In this document: positions 25,949 to 27,682 of the stretch, piece by piece
Layout of the letters: each line of letters opens with the position of its first letter
Numbering within the stretch: position 1 is the stretch's first letter
Source of the DNA: a virus
Lineage: Duplodnaviria > Caudoviricetes
IMG/VR virus record: IMGVR_UViG_3300017909_001762
Span: 1 to 27,682 of that record
DNA length: 27,682 bases
Reading direction: 5' to 3' (one strand)
Translations under genes and position numbers: made by a program
Notes under the pieces: generated by a model
What the model saw: the letters and a program-made list of their open reading frames with translations, nothing else
Told to the model about the DNA's origin: nothing
Databases searched by the model: none

Positions 25949-26848
25949 TTAATCCTTTGTGCAAATTATAATATCTACATATTTTACACTAAGATCAATT
26001 GCATTACCAGAAAAAGTTGATGAAACGGCAAGACTTCCTGCGTCGTGTGAGTGAGCGCCACCGCCACCTGTGTTGTTAATGGTCAGAGGTGACGCTGATG
26101 CACGGCTACCGCCTTTTGTGTCACCGAAGCCAAGCGGCGACTGCGTAGTAGTTCCAGTCGTCGGGTTGTAGTCTTCCCGCTGCTGAACGACACCTGTGTG
26201 GTTGTGGCTCGGCATTTCTGCAATCGTAAGTGTATGACCTGCAGTGCTGCCTGAAACAGTGTTACTAATAGAACCTGAAACACTTTGACTAGCAAAAGCA
26301 GTTGAAAAGTTTACAGAACCTCCGTTTCCTACGGTTCCTGTTACAACACGCAAAGCATGGTTATTATAGTTTGTGGTATCTTTAGTCCATCCACTAGGTG
26401 CCGTTGTTTGCTGAAACAACATTTTTGTTCCAGAATCAAAACCACCCTCAAACTTATTAATATTTGTACCATCACAAGCCATCATCATACCCTGACCTTG
26501 TGATGTAGCAGTTACAGCCGTACCACCTACAGTTTTAAATAAAACATCATTATTACCAGTTGTATTATTAAATACAAAATAAATTTTTTCTTGAGATGGA
26601 ATACCAACTGTAACATCTGCAGTTAGTGCTCCTTCTAATTTCAAACCAAAATTTCTAGATTGATCAGATGATCCATTATTGTTTGTTAAAGAAACAGTTG
26701 CGCTACTAACAGAAACAGTTTGATAACCTGCAATTGCTTCGTCTACAAGATCAATAACATTTTGATTCATAATAAGACCCCAAGAGTTTGGGTTCTCACC
26801 ATCTGCCTGTTTTTCTAATCTAATTCTAGATGTATATGAAGAAGCCAT
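25949..26848 (-). CDS. Tail fibre / tail collar-domain protein (299 aa)
   Basis: MASSYTS..LEKQADGEN..SWG N-terminus; GTKMLFQQTTAPSGWTK collar-like motif; HTLTIAEMPSHNH and HSH metal-binding motifs. Confidence 0.75.
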   Translation of the reverse strand: MASSYTSRIRLEKQADGENPNSWGLIMNQNVIDLVDEAIAGYQTVSVSSATVSLTNNNGSSDQSRNFGLKLEGALTADVTVGIPSQEKIYFVFNNTTGNNDVLFKTVGGTAVTATSQGQGMMMACDGTNINKFEGGFDSGTKMLFQQTTAPSGWTKDTTNYNNHALRVVTGTVGNGGSVNFSTAFASQSVSGSISNTVSGSTAGHTLTIAEMPSHNHTGVVQQREDYNPTTGTTTQSPLGFGDTKGGSRASASPLTINNTGGGGAHSHDAGSLAVSSTFSGNAIDLSVKYVDIIICTKD

Positions 26849-26858
26849 TTTATTTTCC

Positions 26859-27059
26859 TTATTTAATTCCCATAAATACTGATACTACCATTGCTACCAC
26901 AAGAATGGTGCTACCCATAATCATTGCTTCTAGCCGCCACATGCGCTTGTCCAAGCTGTCAAGGCGTTCCTGCACTGCTGCATACCGGAGGGCGCACTCT
27001 TTCTCGTGTGCTTCCAGTTCCATCTGTGTTTTAAGTACAGGTTCCATCGTTAGCTTCAT
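26859..27059 (-). CDS. Small coiled-coil protein with C-terminal TM helix (66 aa)
   Basis: LEAHEKECALRY...RLDSLDKRMWRLE then IMGSTILVVAMVVSVFMG. Confidence 0.7.
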   Translation of the reverse strand: MKLTMEPVLKTQMELEAHEKECALRYAAVQERLDSLDKRMWRLEAMIMGSTILVVAMVVSVFMGIK

Positions 27060-27247
27060 CAGTCTGCGTCAGCGATTGTTAATGTACCGGCTGCAACCTG
27101 ACGCATGATTTCGTCGTAGTGGCGGTTGCCAGCCTCAATAGGCACGAACATCTTCATGCCGTCGATGGTCGCTATAATCCCATGCTGTGCATCTACAACC
27201 ACATCGTCGGTTTTTAAACTTTGATATTGTGCATTTGTTATGTTCAT
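27059..27247 (-). CDS. Small protein following the tail fibre (possible fibre chaperone)
   Basis: FVPIEAGNRHYDEI...GTLTIADAD; directly downstream of a fibre gene. Confidence 0.65.
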   Translation of the reverse strand: MNITNAQYQSLKTDDVVVDAQHGIIATIDGMKMFVPIEAGNRHYDEIMRQVAAGTLTIADAD

Positions 27248-27682
27248 TTACAACTCCGCATCCGCAGTGCCTATGGCTTGCCAAGTTTCATTGCCTCCAA
27301 GCGATTGTGCTGTAACAAAAGAGGTGAATGATGTGGTGTTTCGCCTAACAGTACCCCAAGCACTTGATGGATATCTTGTACTGTTTGTCCCACCTGTTCG
27401 TGCTACCGTTGGTGTGCTTCTCATATGAACAGGTAATGAAACAAGCGCACTTTGATGATAGTTTGCACCTTCAGCAACCCCTGTCCATGAAGCCTCCCAT
27501 GTGGTGAAGTACCTCTGACACCTAGCCAACTCATCGCCAAACGACCGATGCTCAAACGGCGTGGCCTGTTCGCCGACCTCAAGCTGGACGCCGGTCACAA
27601 ACCACGTTGCGTTTACTGTGTCAGCAAGGTTGACCTGCCCCACAGCCGCACCAGTGTAATTGCCCGAAACGCCAACCCAAGA
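27248..27682 (-). CDS. Tail fibre / receptor-binding protein, C-terminal part (runs off window end)
   Basis: Frame open to base 27682; TGVQLEVGEQATPFEHRSFGDELARCQRY, PVHMRSTPTV, ends ADAEL. Confidence 0.8.
   Translation of the reverse strand, partial: SWVGVSGNYTGAAVGQVNLADTVNATWFVTGVQLEVGEQATPFEHRSFGDELARCQRYFTTWEASWTGVAEGANYHQSALVSLPVHMRSTPTVARTGGTNSTRYPSSAWGTVRRNTTSFTSFVTAQSLGGNETWQAIGTADAEL

Noticed and set aside
25949-27682. Diversity-generating retroelement or invertible segment acting on tail fibres
   Set aside because: No reverse transcriptase, template repeat, invertase or flanking inverted repeats seen in the window

Overview
This window is an internal 27.7 kb piece of a lytic dsDNA podophage genome, probably marine and infecting Alphaproteobacteria (inferred from gene content). 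Its organisation resembles cobavirus/SIO1/HMO-2011-type phages: two convergent arms meeting at about 15,180. The + arm carries small early genes, a SleB-type cell-wall hydrolase, MazG, a T7 gp4-like primase-helicase, a PD-(D/E)XK-like protein, a Tyr762-type family A DNA polymerase, SSB, DUF3310, a Cas4-like exonuclease, a T7 endonuclease I homologue, a class II (B12-dependent) ribonucleotide reductase, a glycosylation locus and the terminase small subunit. The - arm carries tail-fibre and tail proteins, internal (ejection) proteins and a lysis cassette. The most striking element is the locus at 11,624-14,712: a GT-A glycosyltransferase coupled to a 770-aa fusion of a GT-A-like domain, a SAM methyltransferase and a Maf/DUF115-like domain, overlapping terS. 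It looks like a phage assembly line for a methylated glycan on the virion, the DNA or the host surface. Other points are a gp4B-like internal start, a motif shared by two ejection proteins, GC-mosaic cassettes in tail fibres, a structured intergenic region after ssb, and several small ORFs missing from the supplied track. All calls come from reading motifs by eye; no database searches were run.
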